Below are positions 13,531-25,627 of a DNA stretch of 64,000 nucleotides, piece by piece. A program made the translations under genes and the position numbers. Source of the stretch: Felis catus (Eukaryota); assembly GCF_018350175.1 (NCBI RefSeq), contig NC_058369.1, positions 117,614,001 to 117,678,000 on the forward strand, written 5' to 3'. Position 1 is the stretch's first letter; each line of letters begins with the position of its first letter. The notes beneath the pieces were generated by a model, which saw only the letters and a program-made list of their open reading frames with translations, did no database searches and had not been told where the DNA came from.

Positions 13531-13930
13531 AAGAGAGATGAGCTCTTAAGCCACCAGAGGACATGGAGAACCGTTAAATGCATATTGCTGAGTGAAAGAA
13601 GCCAATCTGAAAGGCTACATGTGGTATGATTCCAACTATACGAATGCTGGAAAAGGCAAAATCATGGACAGAGTTTAGTGGTTGCCAGGGTTTGAGGAAG
13701 GGGGTGGGGAGGATGAATAGGTGGTGCACAAGGCATCTTTAAGGTAGTGAAACCCTTCTATATGATATTGTAATGGTAGATACAGGTGACTATACTTCTA
13801 TCAAAATCCATAGAATGTATAACATAAAGAGTGAACCCTAATGTAAACTACGGACTTGAGTTAACAATAACATATCAATACTGACTCACCATCGTAACAA
13901 ATGTTCCACACTAATGCAAGATGGTATTTT

Positions 13931-14566
13931 TTTCCCCCAAGATTAACTTTTATTTATTTTTTTCAGAATTTTTAAAAAAAATTTTTTGATATGAAATTTA
14001 TTGTCAAATTGGTTTCCATACAACACCCAGTGCTCCTCCCACCAGGTGCCCTCTTCAATGCCCATCACCCACTTTCCCCTCCCTCTCACCCCCCATCAAC
14101 CCTGTTGATTCTCAGTTTTTAAGAGTCTCTTATGGTTTGGCTCCCTCCCTCTCTAACTTTTTTTTTTCCTTCCCCTCCCCCATGGTCTTCTGTTAAGTTT
14201 CTCAGGATCCACGTAAGAGTGAAAACATATGGTATCTGTCTTTCTCTGTATGACTTATTTCACTTAGCATAACACTCTCCAGTTCCATCCACGATGCTAC
14301 AAAAGGCCAGATTTCATTCTTTCTCATTGCCAAGTAGTACTCCATTGTGTATATAAACCACAATTTCTTTATCCATTCATCAGTCGATGGACATTTAGGC
14401 TCTTTCCATAATTTGGCTGTTGTTGGAAGTGCTGCTATAAACATTGGGGTACAAGTGCCCCTATGCATCAGCACTCCTGTATCCCTAGGGTAAATTCCCA
14501 GCAGTGCTGTTGCTGGGTCATAGGGTAGGTCTATTTTTAATTTTTTGAGGAACCTCCACACTGTTA
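13931..14566 (-). mobile_element. Young 5'-truncated felid L1 (ORF2 C-terminus plus 3' UTR)
   Basis: ORF 14202-14561 is an uninterrupted ORF2p C-terminus (WRFLKKLKIDLPYDPA...TPMFIAAL...WKEPKCPSTDEWIKK); perfect 14-bp TSD CAAGATGGTATTTT at 13917 and 14567. Confidence 0.95.
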
Positions 14567-14963
14567 CAAGATGGTATTTTAAAAATCGGGGAAATTGGGA
14601 GTAGGTGGAAGAGAGGGCTTATGGGAACCCTCTGTAGCTTTTCCTCAGTCTTTTTTCCTGAGATAAAACTACCGGAAAACCAAAAACAAAACACAAGATT
14701 ACCAGACTAGGCCCAGATCCTATACCTGGCCCTGTTACTAACCAGCTCTTAGAGCAGATCGTCGCCTCTCTGGGTCTTCTCCCAGGTCAATAGCTTACAA
14801 CATGGCCCACCTTCACGAGACATTCCACGACTCTGAGAAAATGCACATTGGCCCAAATTTCTCCCTTTGTTGAGGAGTGAGAGACCCAATGTGCTTGGGC
14901 CTCAGGGCCATGAATGTCAGCCCCGCGAGGGTTTGGACGGTTGCAGCCACAGCTCAAGATCCA

Positions 14964-14971
14964 TGACGTCA
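14964..14971. promoter_or_regulatory. Full CRE palindrome TGACGTCA
   Basis: Exact motif with intact CpG at the edge of a CpG-enriched unique region. Confidence 0.3.
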
Positions 14972-17900
14972 CTTCGCTCTTGTGCATGAGGTCGTTTGCA
15001 CCTGAGGGCCCCAAGCATCCATGTGCTTGTGGTTGTGGCTGCTGCTCATTTAGAACGGTTACTAATTCTCAACTTCTGCGAGCATTAAAAAAGTGTGCTT
15101 TTTCAGCACGAAGTATTTTTGCAGCATGATAGAAACTGGAACCCACAAACTGTGTTGACTTTAAAGGAGTAGATGTGAGAATTAAAATGTCCTCCTTCTA
15201 CACCCAGTTTCTGAGTTTATGTGCTGAGCTTCCTGACAGAAAGTTGGCCTCTACGTGCCCCCCAGCTGCCATGTAGATGACAGGGTGCCTGGCCGAACAG
15301 ATGTGCTGATGTTTGCAGGCAGAGCCGGCCTGCATGTCATTGAAACCCCGCTCACCTCATTCGACGGTTGCTTCCCTGCCCGCTTCACAGAGTTGCCGCA
15401 GGGGAAGACCTGAGCTTGCATCCCAGGTCGGCTCTTACCTGAATCCCTCGGGTCCCAGCAGGTACAGTGTAAACACAATCCAATGCGAATAATACTCATG
15501 ACGAAGGGGAATGTAAGTCACGTAAATGCCAAGTACGATGGGTAATTTCATTTTATATAAAAACACGCGGTGGAAATACACATCATTTTTAGATTGCACT
15601 CGATTTTTTGACACACAAACGCACTTTTGTTTTAACAGGGTGAGGAAGAAAAAATAGTATCGCCAACTTTTACTTGTGTGCAAACTTCGTACACACAGGA
15701 TTTAAACAGATGTGTGTGTTTATAACCTTAAAGATGCACATATGTAACACATTCCACAGTGTATTTATTTGCACAGTTGATTTGACTGAAAGACCCTGTA
15801 TTTACATCTTTTAATTGTGTTATGTGAGAGTGCTACACGCGTTGTTTATGTATCTGACATTTATGATTGAAAACCAAGTGGCTCGTGGAAGTTAGTTCTC
15901 CATAGGTTTTGGAAGTATTCCAGACCAAAAAATTAATTGCTGCCAAGAAAGGCATGGGTGGGGGTGGCGTACGGAATGTCAGTTGATTTCCAAATACTTA
16001 ATTTGGGACGATCAAAAGTAAAAATCAAAAAATAAAGCGCCCCGCTCGATACAAAGCACAAAACTTAAGGCTAACTTCTCCCATTCAGGGAAAGAAAGAA
16101 GCTTTCTGTTGCTGTTCATGTGTGATATTTGAAAGGGGCTGCAGCACAGTGTAAGGATGGGGAGGTGGGCAGACCTCTCCGGAGCCCACATCCAACACTT
16201 CTCAACGAGGATTCCAGAAGGCCCAGCCTGTAAATGCCTATATTGTCTTCCTTCCCCGCAGCCACGGCCAGCTGAACATTCTGCTTGGTCTGTCCACAAA
16301 AGTTTTCTTCCTGCATCCAAGAGTTCAGGTTTTAAAACGCACTCTTGTTGGGAAAAATTCTAAAATCAGAAAGGATGTGGTCTGAAGTGTTGAAGTGTTT
16401 GGCCACGTATGGAATACACCACTCAGAGAAATGAAGTGGCACATTTATCAAGTCTCAGTGTGAGCTTTTCAAGCTGGGGATCCAGTATAGATTTGTTCGA
16501 GCTGCCCTGGCCAGAGCTTACTGAATGTCTTCCTCCGCTGGACGTGTGTGCCTTTTGTATTGCCCTCCTGAAGTACGTAGGTGCTGCTACCCTTTGGCAC
16601 AGATTATTAATGCCACTGACAATTCTGCTATTTCCCCCTTCTCTTTGTCAATAACTCAGGCTTATGAATCCAATAAATATCTGCCTAGACTTCAATTATG
16701 CATGAGTGGATTCTCTCACTCTTCCCTCTTAGTTTTCTGCAGCACTGGGAACAAGTTATCATATACCACGTGAGATGGGCTTGCGCACAGAATGGTGCCT
16801 CTAGGGGAGTGCTGGGAGCATCGCTTAGGTCATACCAAGTCCTGCTAGAAATACACACCGTGCTGCTAATCTTCAAATATGGAAAGGAGAGGCTCTCTCA
16901 GAAACTACCTTCGCTCTCTATTTTAAATTCCAATGGGTATGGAGACAAACAAGGGTAAGGAATTTTCGGTTCCGCTCTGCTGAGCTGCACAAAGTGACTG
17001 GTTAGCTTGATGGGCAGAGGGAAGGGAGAATTAGCAGTACTTTGTCTCCACCCCTAACTCGATCTTTGAGCATATTTGTTCCAGTAAAATCAGGTTAAAA
17101 TAAATGAAAGGCAGCTTGAAGGAGGCTTAAGATAATGGGGAGAGTGTGCATGCACATGAACTTCAAGCCTCCCCTACCTAGCACCTGCCAGCAGACCCGC
17201 CATTTGATCCTCAATCACAGCCCAGAACGTGCACCCCAGCCCCAGCCTGGACCATGGACGAGGCTCCACTGGGGAGCACTGGCTGTGTGCTCTCAACATC
17301 TAAAAATCCAGTAGCCGAGCTCTGATTTCTGTTGTGAAGTCAAAATACAGAAGGAACCCCAAAAATGGAGAGGGAGAAGGGGCATCCAGAAGGTTGTATC
17401 AAATGAGCGAATTTCAGTAATTGTGGAAAGATAGAGCCAGAAGTGACAGAGCAGGGGGGCGGTGGAGGGGTAGGGATATATGTTGCAAGAGAAAAATGGT
17501 ATTTTCTCACCCTCCTTTTCTTGTCCCCCCTTCTCTGTCTCTCTACCCCTCAAAGATGGGGTTTGCAAAGAGGTAGACTTGTCTCCATATAACAGATAAT
17601 GTGGAGAAACCCACATAGAGAAGAGGGGACACGGGGAAGGCCACTCCCACTTCCCCATCGCATATGAACACCACCACCACCGACTCCTCCTCTGGAAGTT
17701 TATTTTCCCTACACCTTTTAGGAAAAGGGGGACGTTTTCCCTAAAATAAAAGTTTTAAATCTGAGGGAAAGATAATTCTCCATATTTTTGGAGGGCTAAA
17801 GCTCGGCTCGTAAGCAGCGCCTATGATGAGCCCTTTATCCAGAATAGCTAAAAGGCATGTGGAAGGACGTGTCTAATGTCACTCTGGCTTTCTCAAGCTA

Positions 17901-18819
17901 TCCTTGTCTCATGGTCGGCCTGCAGGTTACACATGGAGCGCCCCTGTCCTACTGCTTTGAATGCACTGCTGATCTTTGTTTGGGTCATAACAATCAGGTC
18001 TTCTCACTCTGCCATCCTGGGAAGAGGATCAATCAAAATTCTTGTCACACCTGTCCTACTTGAGAGTTTCCACTTTAACCCCCATGCCTTTGCTGTCTCA
18101 TCCAGATTGCAAATCACTTCTTCCTTTTTCAACTTGAACTTCGGCATCTTTCGCTCCCTTTGCTGCCCCTCCCCCAATCTCCTCATGTAGCACCAGTCTG
18201 CTGTTACTCACATTGCCAGAGACAGCACCAGGAGATTCACCTGCAGAGTCTCTTGTCCTATGGGTCTCTGAGTCCACGGGTGGGCACCCCAGGATCCTGG
18301 AGATGCACTGTGGGTGGAGGGGGGAGGACACCACAGGCCCGATCCTACCCTTGGAGTTCCACAATACGCTATCGTCCACACTAAAGGTCCTGAGACTTCT
18401 TACCATAAAGAGGCCTGCTTCATGTCTATAAAGTGACACTGCACAAAATTATTTCAGAACCCCAACTTTTGAGTCAGGCCTTCTACCATTTTGCAGAAGT
18501 GCTGTTGTGAGGGGCATGTGTCAGGAGATGTCGCTGGTCCACATGGTGGGTCTATCCCATGGTGCTTGTAGGCATGGGCATGGGCCTCGGGAAACGAGCT
18601 GCCTCTCCAACCCGCCCCCACCTTGTCTTCACCCCACAAGCGTACAGCAGTTCCTGGTAATGCCTGAGTTACAGATCTGGAGTGACCAGCCCTGGAAGCC
18701 CAACCCTAACGACTCACAGAACTTCAAGACGTTCCTCTTGTCTGCCTTCAAGTGACAAAGACTGATGGCTATACTACAAAATAAATCCTTTCTCCCCTTG
18801 TTCTTTGACAAGAAGAACT

Positions 18820-19185
18820 TCTAATTTGGGGGCTGGACGTGTCAGGATTCTGAGTAATCCTGGATAGGTGTGCAACTGCAGGGAGGGCTGTGGGCGCCAT
18901 CTAGAACTGTGTTTAATGGGAGGGGGCATGCCCTTCTTTCCCTTCTCCCCTTCTCTGCTTCTGGAAAGATGTGATGGCAGGGGCTTGAGCAACCACCTTG
19001 TGTCCCATGGTAGAAGCCACATGCTCAACAAGGTAGAAGGAGACCGGGTGCCTGACATCGTAGAACAAGATATCAGCTCCAGATTGACACATCTCTTCAT
19101 CTTTTATATGAATAATAATAGAGTTTTTATTAGGCCACTGTTATGGTGAGGTTTCTGCCACCTCAGCAGAATCTAATCTTAATGC
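18820..19185 (+). mobile_element. MaLR solo LTR (MLT1J-like)
   Basis: ggtgcctgacatcgtagaac...taggccactgttatgg...cagaatctaatcttaat. Confidence 0.65.
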
Positions 19186-19765
19186 ATTTGGCTCCTCTCT
19201 TCAGCTAAGCCCTCAGATCTCTCCAAGGTAAACTAAACGCCCAAATTATTTCCTCGAACAACCTCTCGGAAAGTCATCTCAACTGGGAACAAGTTAGCTT
19301 CAGGGCGACCCCACTGGAGCGTCTCAACTGATGACCTTCTGCCTCCTGTATCTGGACCCTCTCTCACCCCAGATCTTTCGCAAGGAGAGCAGGAGGTGGG
19401 AGTTGACTGGACAATCATCCACACCACCGTGATGAGCACCTTGGCTGTCCCCTCCTGGGTGGTCTAGCCCGAGTACCCATCTGTTTTCTCACTCTTGGCC
19501 CCGTATAACTGTTCTTTGCATTGCCAAACTTTCGGTGTTATATGTTTATTTGGCTGTATTCCCATTTACGATCAGTGTCTTCCCCACATGAAGCATCCAA
19601 TGTGCTCATTAGTATATACACACCATCTATTCTGACGGGCTCAGTGTCATGTGGTTCAGCTTCAACATCACACAGCATCTAAATTAACAGACACTCCAAT
19701 ACACGACTCTGACCCTGCCAGTCCATTTCATGTTTAAAGCCATAGTGCCAAGGCTAGTAATTCAA

Positions 19766-19985
19766 AGGAAGGCAAGGAGCGCCTGGGTGGCTCATTCAGT
19801 TAAGCGTTCCACTTCAGCTCAGGTCATGAGCTCGCGGTTGTCAAGTTCAAGCCCCCCATTGGGCTCTGTGCTGACAGCTCGGAGCCTGGAGCCTGCTTCG
19901 GATTCTGTGTCTCCCTCTCTCTCTGCCCCTCCCCTGCTCACGCCCTCTCTTTCTCTCTCTCAACAATAAACAAACATTAAAAAAT
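19766..19985 (+). mobile_element. Felid CAN-SINE
   Basis: gcgcctgggtggctcattcagttaagcg...gagcctggagcctgcttcggattc, A-rich tail. Confidence 0.95.
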
Positions 19986-21371
19986 ACTTAACAAATAAAC
20001 TAAATGGATAAAAACCCTAACGTTAGAATATCGAGCACTCGGACACGCGAAAAGAAGATTTTTGCACAAGAAAGTGGTGTTGTAACCACTATTTCTGGGC
20101 TGTGGAGTCACCTACTTTCTTAGGGTTTGTTGCCAATGAAAAGGTTTTCAGAAAAAAATAATGTATTTGTACAAAGGCTTAGAAAAACCAGGAGCACACC
20201 TACATACGCTTTTGACTGCATCTACCTGAGGAGAGGAAAGAAGACAAGGAAGCAGGAAGGGAAGAAGAGAGGCAATGAGATCCGATCCATAATCTTTTTT
20301 TTACATGGCATCTAGCATGGAACCTGGTGGCTAAAAACAGATATTTCTCTATGCCCGAGGGGGGGCAGAACAAGGAACATAGATATCAGTTTCATTGCCA
20401 CTACCGCTGTTATCCTAAATTTTGAAATATTTGAGCATACAAAAAGCATCATATTGGATGCTCTTTATTGGATGCATAGATCTATGTTTATAGAAAGTTT
20501 TAATGGTTGCAAAGACAAATTGCGAAAATGATTCATTTTTTTTTAGAGATCTTGATATATCATCCCGCATGCTAATAAAGTTTTCAATACTGGGCTGCAG
20601 TATAGATTATAATACTAATGTTTCCCCTGGGCTCCAGTGATTAGAACTCCTTTGGTAAATGTCTTAAAGTTAAGGTTAATGCACCAAAAAGCTGTAATTC
20701 ACTGACGTTTAATACTGGCTCGTGCAACATGAAAACTTTGGTAGCAGATGCAGGCTGTTGAGAAACTTTTCTTCAAGCTTTGGAGTCCAGACGGTTCACA
20801 GAATGTTTTCTCCCCATGCCCTCAGAGCCGTGTGGTTCCGACACCCTCCTCACGGATGCACAATGATTCTGGAAAGACAACAACAAAGTCGGGGAAATAA
20901 TGGCATTATCGTTGAAGGGAGCCTTCAGGAGGTAATACTCTAACAAGAATTGAAACTTGAACTCTTTGAACTGAATTTTTCAGGAAAGCACTTCCAAACT
21001 CTTGAAAGGAAAACATCAAAGTTTTGAAGGGCAGATATGAAAAAGACTTCCCCTCTTACACCAAAGTGACGCAAATTCAACCTGACACACATTTATGGTG
21101 AGTTTTGTGCACCAGTGGAGATGAAACGGAAAAAGGCGCGTGCTCGTCCTCAAGGAAGGTATGACGGTGATCTTTCAGCTGGTTGAGACCTCGGTTTCTG
21201 AATTATTTTTCCCTTCTGTCCCCTGCCTACTCAGAAAGGGCTGGGTGGTACGTGGTTTTTGTAGGTGCTCTCTTAAGGTGCAAAACCTCTTTCAGGATAG
21301 TAGGAAACAAACTGTAACTATTACGAGAAAACATTTTTTTCACGGGTCAGTTTGGCAAGACCAAGAAGTTT

Positions 21372-21590
21372 AAAAAAATTTTTTTTTCAACGTTTATTTA
21401 TTTTTGGGACAGAGAGAGACAGAGCATGAACGGGGGAGGGGCAGAGAGAGAGGGAGACACAGAATCGGAAACAGGCTCCAGGCTCTGAGCCATCAGCCCA
21501 GAGCCCGACGCGGGGCTCGAACTCACGGACCGCGAGATCGTGACCTGGCTGAAGTCTGACGCTTAACCGACTGCGCCACCCAGGCGCCCC
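21372..21590 (-). mobile_element. Young felid SINE (SINEC_Fc, CpG-rich)
   Basis: Near-identical to copies at 29659, 33053 and 49271; ends gactgcgccacccaggcgcccc. Confidence 0.95.
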
Positions 21591-21599
21591 TAAAAATAG

Positions 21600-21900
21600 A
21601 ATGTGTTGATACGAGCGTGAGATAATGGAAACTCTCATACATTTCTGGTGCGAGTGGAGAGAGGGGTGGCCTCTACAGAAAACAACTGGGTAATATTTAC
21701 CTAAAGTTTAAGTGAATATACTGGTTGACCCAGCAATTCTGCTTCGAGAAAGGTATCGCCCTTTACAAGTACTTTGCTCATCTGTGAAATGATGTATGCT
21801 AGAAATAACTTATGGCACCACTGTGAAAACAGCAAGAGATTAAAAGCAACCCAAATATCTGTCAGTAGGGGATAGGTCAATAGGTGGGTAATAAAGTGGA
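21600..21900 (+). mobile_element. Old L1 ORF2 3' remnant (L1ME-like)
   Basis: ggaaactctcatacatttctggtg...tgacccagcaattctgct...aacccaaatatctgtcagtagggg. Confidence 0.65.
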
Positions 21901-23429
21901 TGATAAAAAGCCGTAATGACTGAGGAAGCGCAGCATGAGCTCAGATGGAATCAGCAGCAGATATGTCCAGGAGGACCAAACAGGGCACGATGAGACCATA
22001 CGGTATGTGGTGCTGTGGCAGGTCTGGCACAGGTGTATCAGGACAACTGTCCTGCATCTCTGTCCCTTACCCTCCCCAGGAACCCAGTGGACTCAGCTGC
22101 CAACAGTCTTGTCACAGAGCTCGTCCCTCTGAGAACCCCAGCTCTGTCTTGATACCGTGAAAACCCAGCCTGTCTCTGGGGGGTTGTGAAAATGAAAACG
22201 TTCCTGGCTGATGCCTCAGATCTACATGCGGTTCTGGGCCACCCTTTGGCCCACCAGAGAGCCCCCAACACCCAGGGAGCAGCTGCCGTCGGTGCCCCTG
22301 GCACCTGCTCCGCTGTCCCAGCCAGCTTTAAGCTTACACAACCAAGTCAGGGCACAAGCAAACCTTGTAAGGGCTGGTGTGCATTGTGGCAGGACTCGGG
22401 CTCTGCGATTCAGGGTCCGGCCGCATCTGCAAATCTTGCAGACCAGAGGGTTCGCGTGTTTGTTATCAGGAAGTAAACAGCCTGGAAGGAGGAAGGTCTG
22501 TGTTCTTAGCTCCAGCCAGAGACACCAAAGACCCAGAAGGGAAACCGTGGACCACCTCTCCCCATTTCTCCCTGACCACAAAGTGGCTCTAGTAGAGTGA
22601 GAGCTGAAGGAGGCCTGGTAGCTTCTGAAATCTTCAGAAACTCCAATAATCGGTGTCCAGGAATCAGCATTCTCCAGTGCCTTTGTAGGAAACAGGCACC
22701 AAAAGGGGCCCTGAGAGCTGTGTGTGAACCCATGGGAAATAGACCCATACATAAGATCAGGAGGCTTGGACAGGAGGGCACAGGTGCCCCTGCCATGCGG
22801 CCAGAAACAGTCAGGTTCAAGAGCAGGAGAAGACTAAGGAATTTTGGATTACAAAAGCGAACAGACTGCCTGCCTCAACTTGTAGGAGTCAGGGATACAG
22901 AAAACTGGACCAAAAGTCATCTATCCTTCAAGAGGACGGCTCCTAAGATGTCACGTATGTCGAGCACGTTCTTCTTCATGCTTTCCTTCCAGTCCTGCCA
23001 AAGCGGTGGTTTGCAGGGACCGGTGAAATGCCAGTCCTCCCTGTGTCAGTTGCTCCTAAAAACAACATTTTTCTTGTCCTGGCTACAGACACCTATCAGG
23101 ATGTACCCAGAGCCTCTGTCTACTATGTCAACAGAGTAGAATGCTTGACAAGAGGAAATAAATCTGATTACCTAAAGCAGAAGCCAAAACCAGAAGGACG
23201 GTTGCAGCTTCCAGTGGTGAATAAGTCCAAGGCTGTTTTTGGTTTTTTTGTTTTGTTTGTTTGTTTGTTTGTTTGTTTTTTGCAACGGACATCCTAGGTG
23301 TTTAAGAGAAAGTGAGAAGTTACCACTTCTCTATAGGCTCCAGACTGGTCTCTCTCTGTCCATCTTTTCTCTGCCCCAGCCAGTCCCATCTCTGCAGTAG
23401 GGTTACTTTTCCCCAAAGTCCACTTTGAT

Positions 23430-23900
23430 TGTTAATAAAATAAAGAGGTTCTCCAGGCATCGCATAGGTTCGAAAACTCTCAGCTTGGCTTTTAGGATTG
23501 TCTGAGTTGAAGCAGTATTTCCGGGACTATCTCCAACTAAACTCAAGGCCAGCAGGTTGACTCATCTGTTCTCCAACTCTCATCTCATCTGTTCCATCTC
23601 TGTGCTTGTCACTTGGTGCCTACCCCACACCCACCGTCATTTACTGACATCTTGCTATCTTTCAAAATCCAACTCGATGCCACCTCCTCCAGGAAGCCAT
23701 CCTAATTCTCCCAGCCTTAAGTGCTCTCTCGTTCTTCTGCACTTCTGCAGGCCCTTGTTCCTCATATGGCTTTGTACTACAGTTGCTTTCCAAATGGGCT
23801 ATGTTCTCCTTAGGAGTTAGATCTTTTATGGATTTTCTGTACCAAGAATTTTCTGGGATCTCTCAGTACTTAGCATTACATTGTACATGTAATGTTGACT
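23430..23900 (+). mobile_element. LINE-2 3' remnant
   Basis: atgccacctcctccaggaagccatccctaa. Confidence 0.55.
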
Positions 23901-23925
23901 CCCAGCCTTTCGATTAGAAGAGGCC

Positions 23926-24664
23926 TGCTATGGACTGAATTGCATCCCCACCACCCCCCTCCCCCCGCTACCCACCAAAATTCATTATGTTGAAACTCCT
24001 AACCCCCAGCGTGATGGTATCTGGAGGTGAGGCTTTGGGGGGGAAATTATATTCACATGAGATGGTGAAGACGGGCCTCTCATGATTGTATGAGTGCCCT
24101 TACCAGAAAAGAGCCATTTTTTGTTTGTTTGTCTGTTATCCATTTGGCCAAGTTTTGTCTTTTGTTTGGAAAGTCTAATCCTTTTGCTTTTAAAGTAATT
24201 AGTATAAGGAAGAACTTCTGCCATATTGTTGTTTTCTTTATGTTTTCTACCTTTTGCTGTCTCTCGTTTTCTCCATTACTGCTTTTTTGGGAATGAAGTT
24301 GATTTTCTACAGTGAACCCGATTCCCTTCTCATTTCTTGTTGTGTGTATCTGTTAAATGCTTTCTTTAGAGTTACCATGGGGATTACATTTAGCGTCCTA
24401 AATTTGTAACCATCTGGTTTGAGCTGATACCAACTTAACTTCAGTAGGGTACAAAGTCACCACCCCCCCAACTCTTCCCCCCACTCTGCCCCGGAAAGCT
24501 CTGTTCTCCCTTTCTGTCACTGATGTCCCAAATTAACTCTCTCTGTATTGTGTGCCCTGTAACATGGATAGTTATTATTTTGCATGCCTTTGTCTCTTAA
24601 CTCATGTAAGAAATAAAAAGTGGGGTTACAAAACAAAACAAAAACAAAACTCTTCTTTCAAACT

Positions 24665-24699
<35 letters not shown>

Positions 24700-24875
24700 T
24701 GTGCGTGGACGCAGAGAAGCCAACCGTCTGGGAACCTGGAAGAGAACTCTGACCAGAACCCAGCCACGCTGGGAGTCAGACATCCAGCTTCCAGAACTAT
24801 AAGAAAAGAAATTCCCATTGTTTAAGCCACACAGTGTATGGTATTTTGTTAGGGCAGCCTGGGCTGGCTGAGACA
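23926..24875 (+). mobile_element. MaLR solo LTR (MLT1A-like), split by an L1 fragment
   Basis: Starts tgctatggactgaat; ends ccagcttccagaactataagaaa...tttaagccacacagtgtatggtattttgtt...gagaca; 5-bp TSD aggcc / gggcc. Confidence 0.85.
24114..24660 (-). mobile_element. Internal L1 fragment (inter-ORF region and ORF2 start)
   Basis: ttatccatttggcca...tttaaagtaattagtataagg...gttaccatggggattaca, homologous to 62140-62450 of the large L1. Confidence 0.75.
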
Positions 24876-25550
24876 GGGCCTTAAGAGGTCCTCTGAGCCG
24901 GCCTTCTTATTTTTCACAGCGATCCAAAGGGACACAGAGCAGAGCAGGGGTCAAAACCCAGCTGCCCCACCCCACCGAAAACCCCGCAGCCCACAGCTCT
25001 AGCAAGTATAACAAGGTTGTCAGATATCACAGAGTGAATGAAAAGGCCCAGAGCAATAAGTATATTTTTCTTAAACATGTCTATACCTTTAAACTCTTTT
25101 TATCATAGCTTTGAAATAACAAACCGAAGGCCCACGGGGACCTCCAGCAAGGTCTGAAATTGAGAATTGGGCTTAAGAAGCTGCCAGGGATGAGGAGAGG
25201 AAGGGGGAGGACTGCCTGTTTGGTTATAACAATATTATAATTACAGAGTTGTGAGTTATGCAAAGGAGAACACACGGCAGGATTCACCACCACCTCGCGA
25301 GATTTCTTGTACCCGTGCACACACTAAAGCATTTCAGGGCTGGGTTTTCTGTTACTGCCACTACATTACGCTCATCCACGTTTTACAGCTCACAGAGGGC
25401 TTCCACATACAAGGTCTCATGGAATCCACGCCACAGCCCACGCAGGAACGAGCATCTCTGCGGAGACAATCACCTCCTAGAGCCGAAGTTTCCATAAGTG
25501 AGCTGAGTATGGTCACACAGCTGCTGAGGGTTGGACCTGAGACTGGAATG

Positions 25551-25552
<2 letters not shown>

Positions 25553-25598
<46 letters not shown>

Positions 25599-25627
25599 CA
25601 CAGAGAGAGAGAGAGAGAGAGAGAGAG
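25553..25627. repeat. Compound (TG)n(AG)n microsatellite
   Basis: Directly visible. Confidence 0.95.

Larger units (their letters stand above)
13200..14680 (+). mobile_element. Old L1 3' fragment (L1MC/L1MB-like), interrupted by a SINE and a young L1
   Basis: gcagctttattc, tccagacaatggaata, gtgaaagaagccaatctgaaaggctac, agtgaaccctaatgtaaacta; resumes after 14580. Confidence 0.85.

Noticed and set aside
22222-23139. Long ORFs (176 aa minus, 180 aa plus)
   Set aside because: No recognisable domain or exon structure; overlapping ORFs on both strands in GC-richer DNA are expected by chance.
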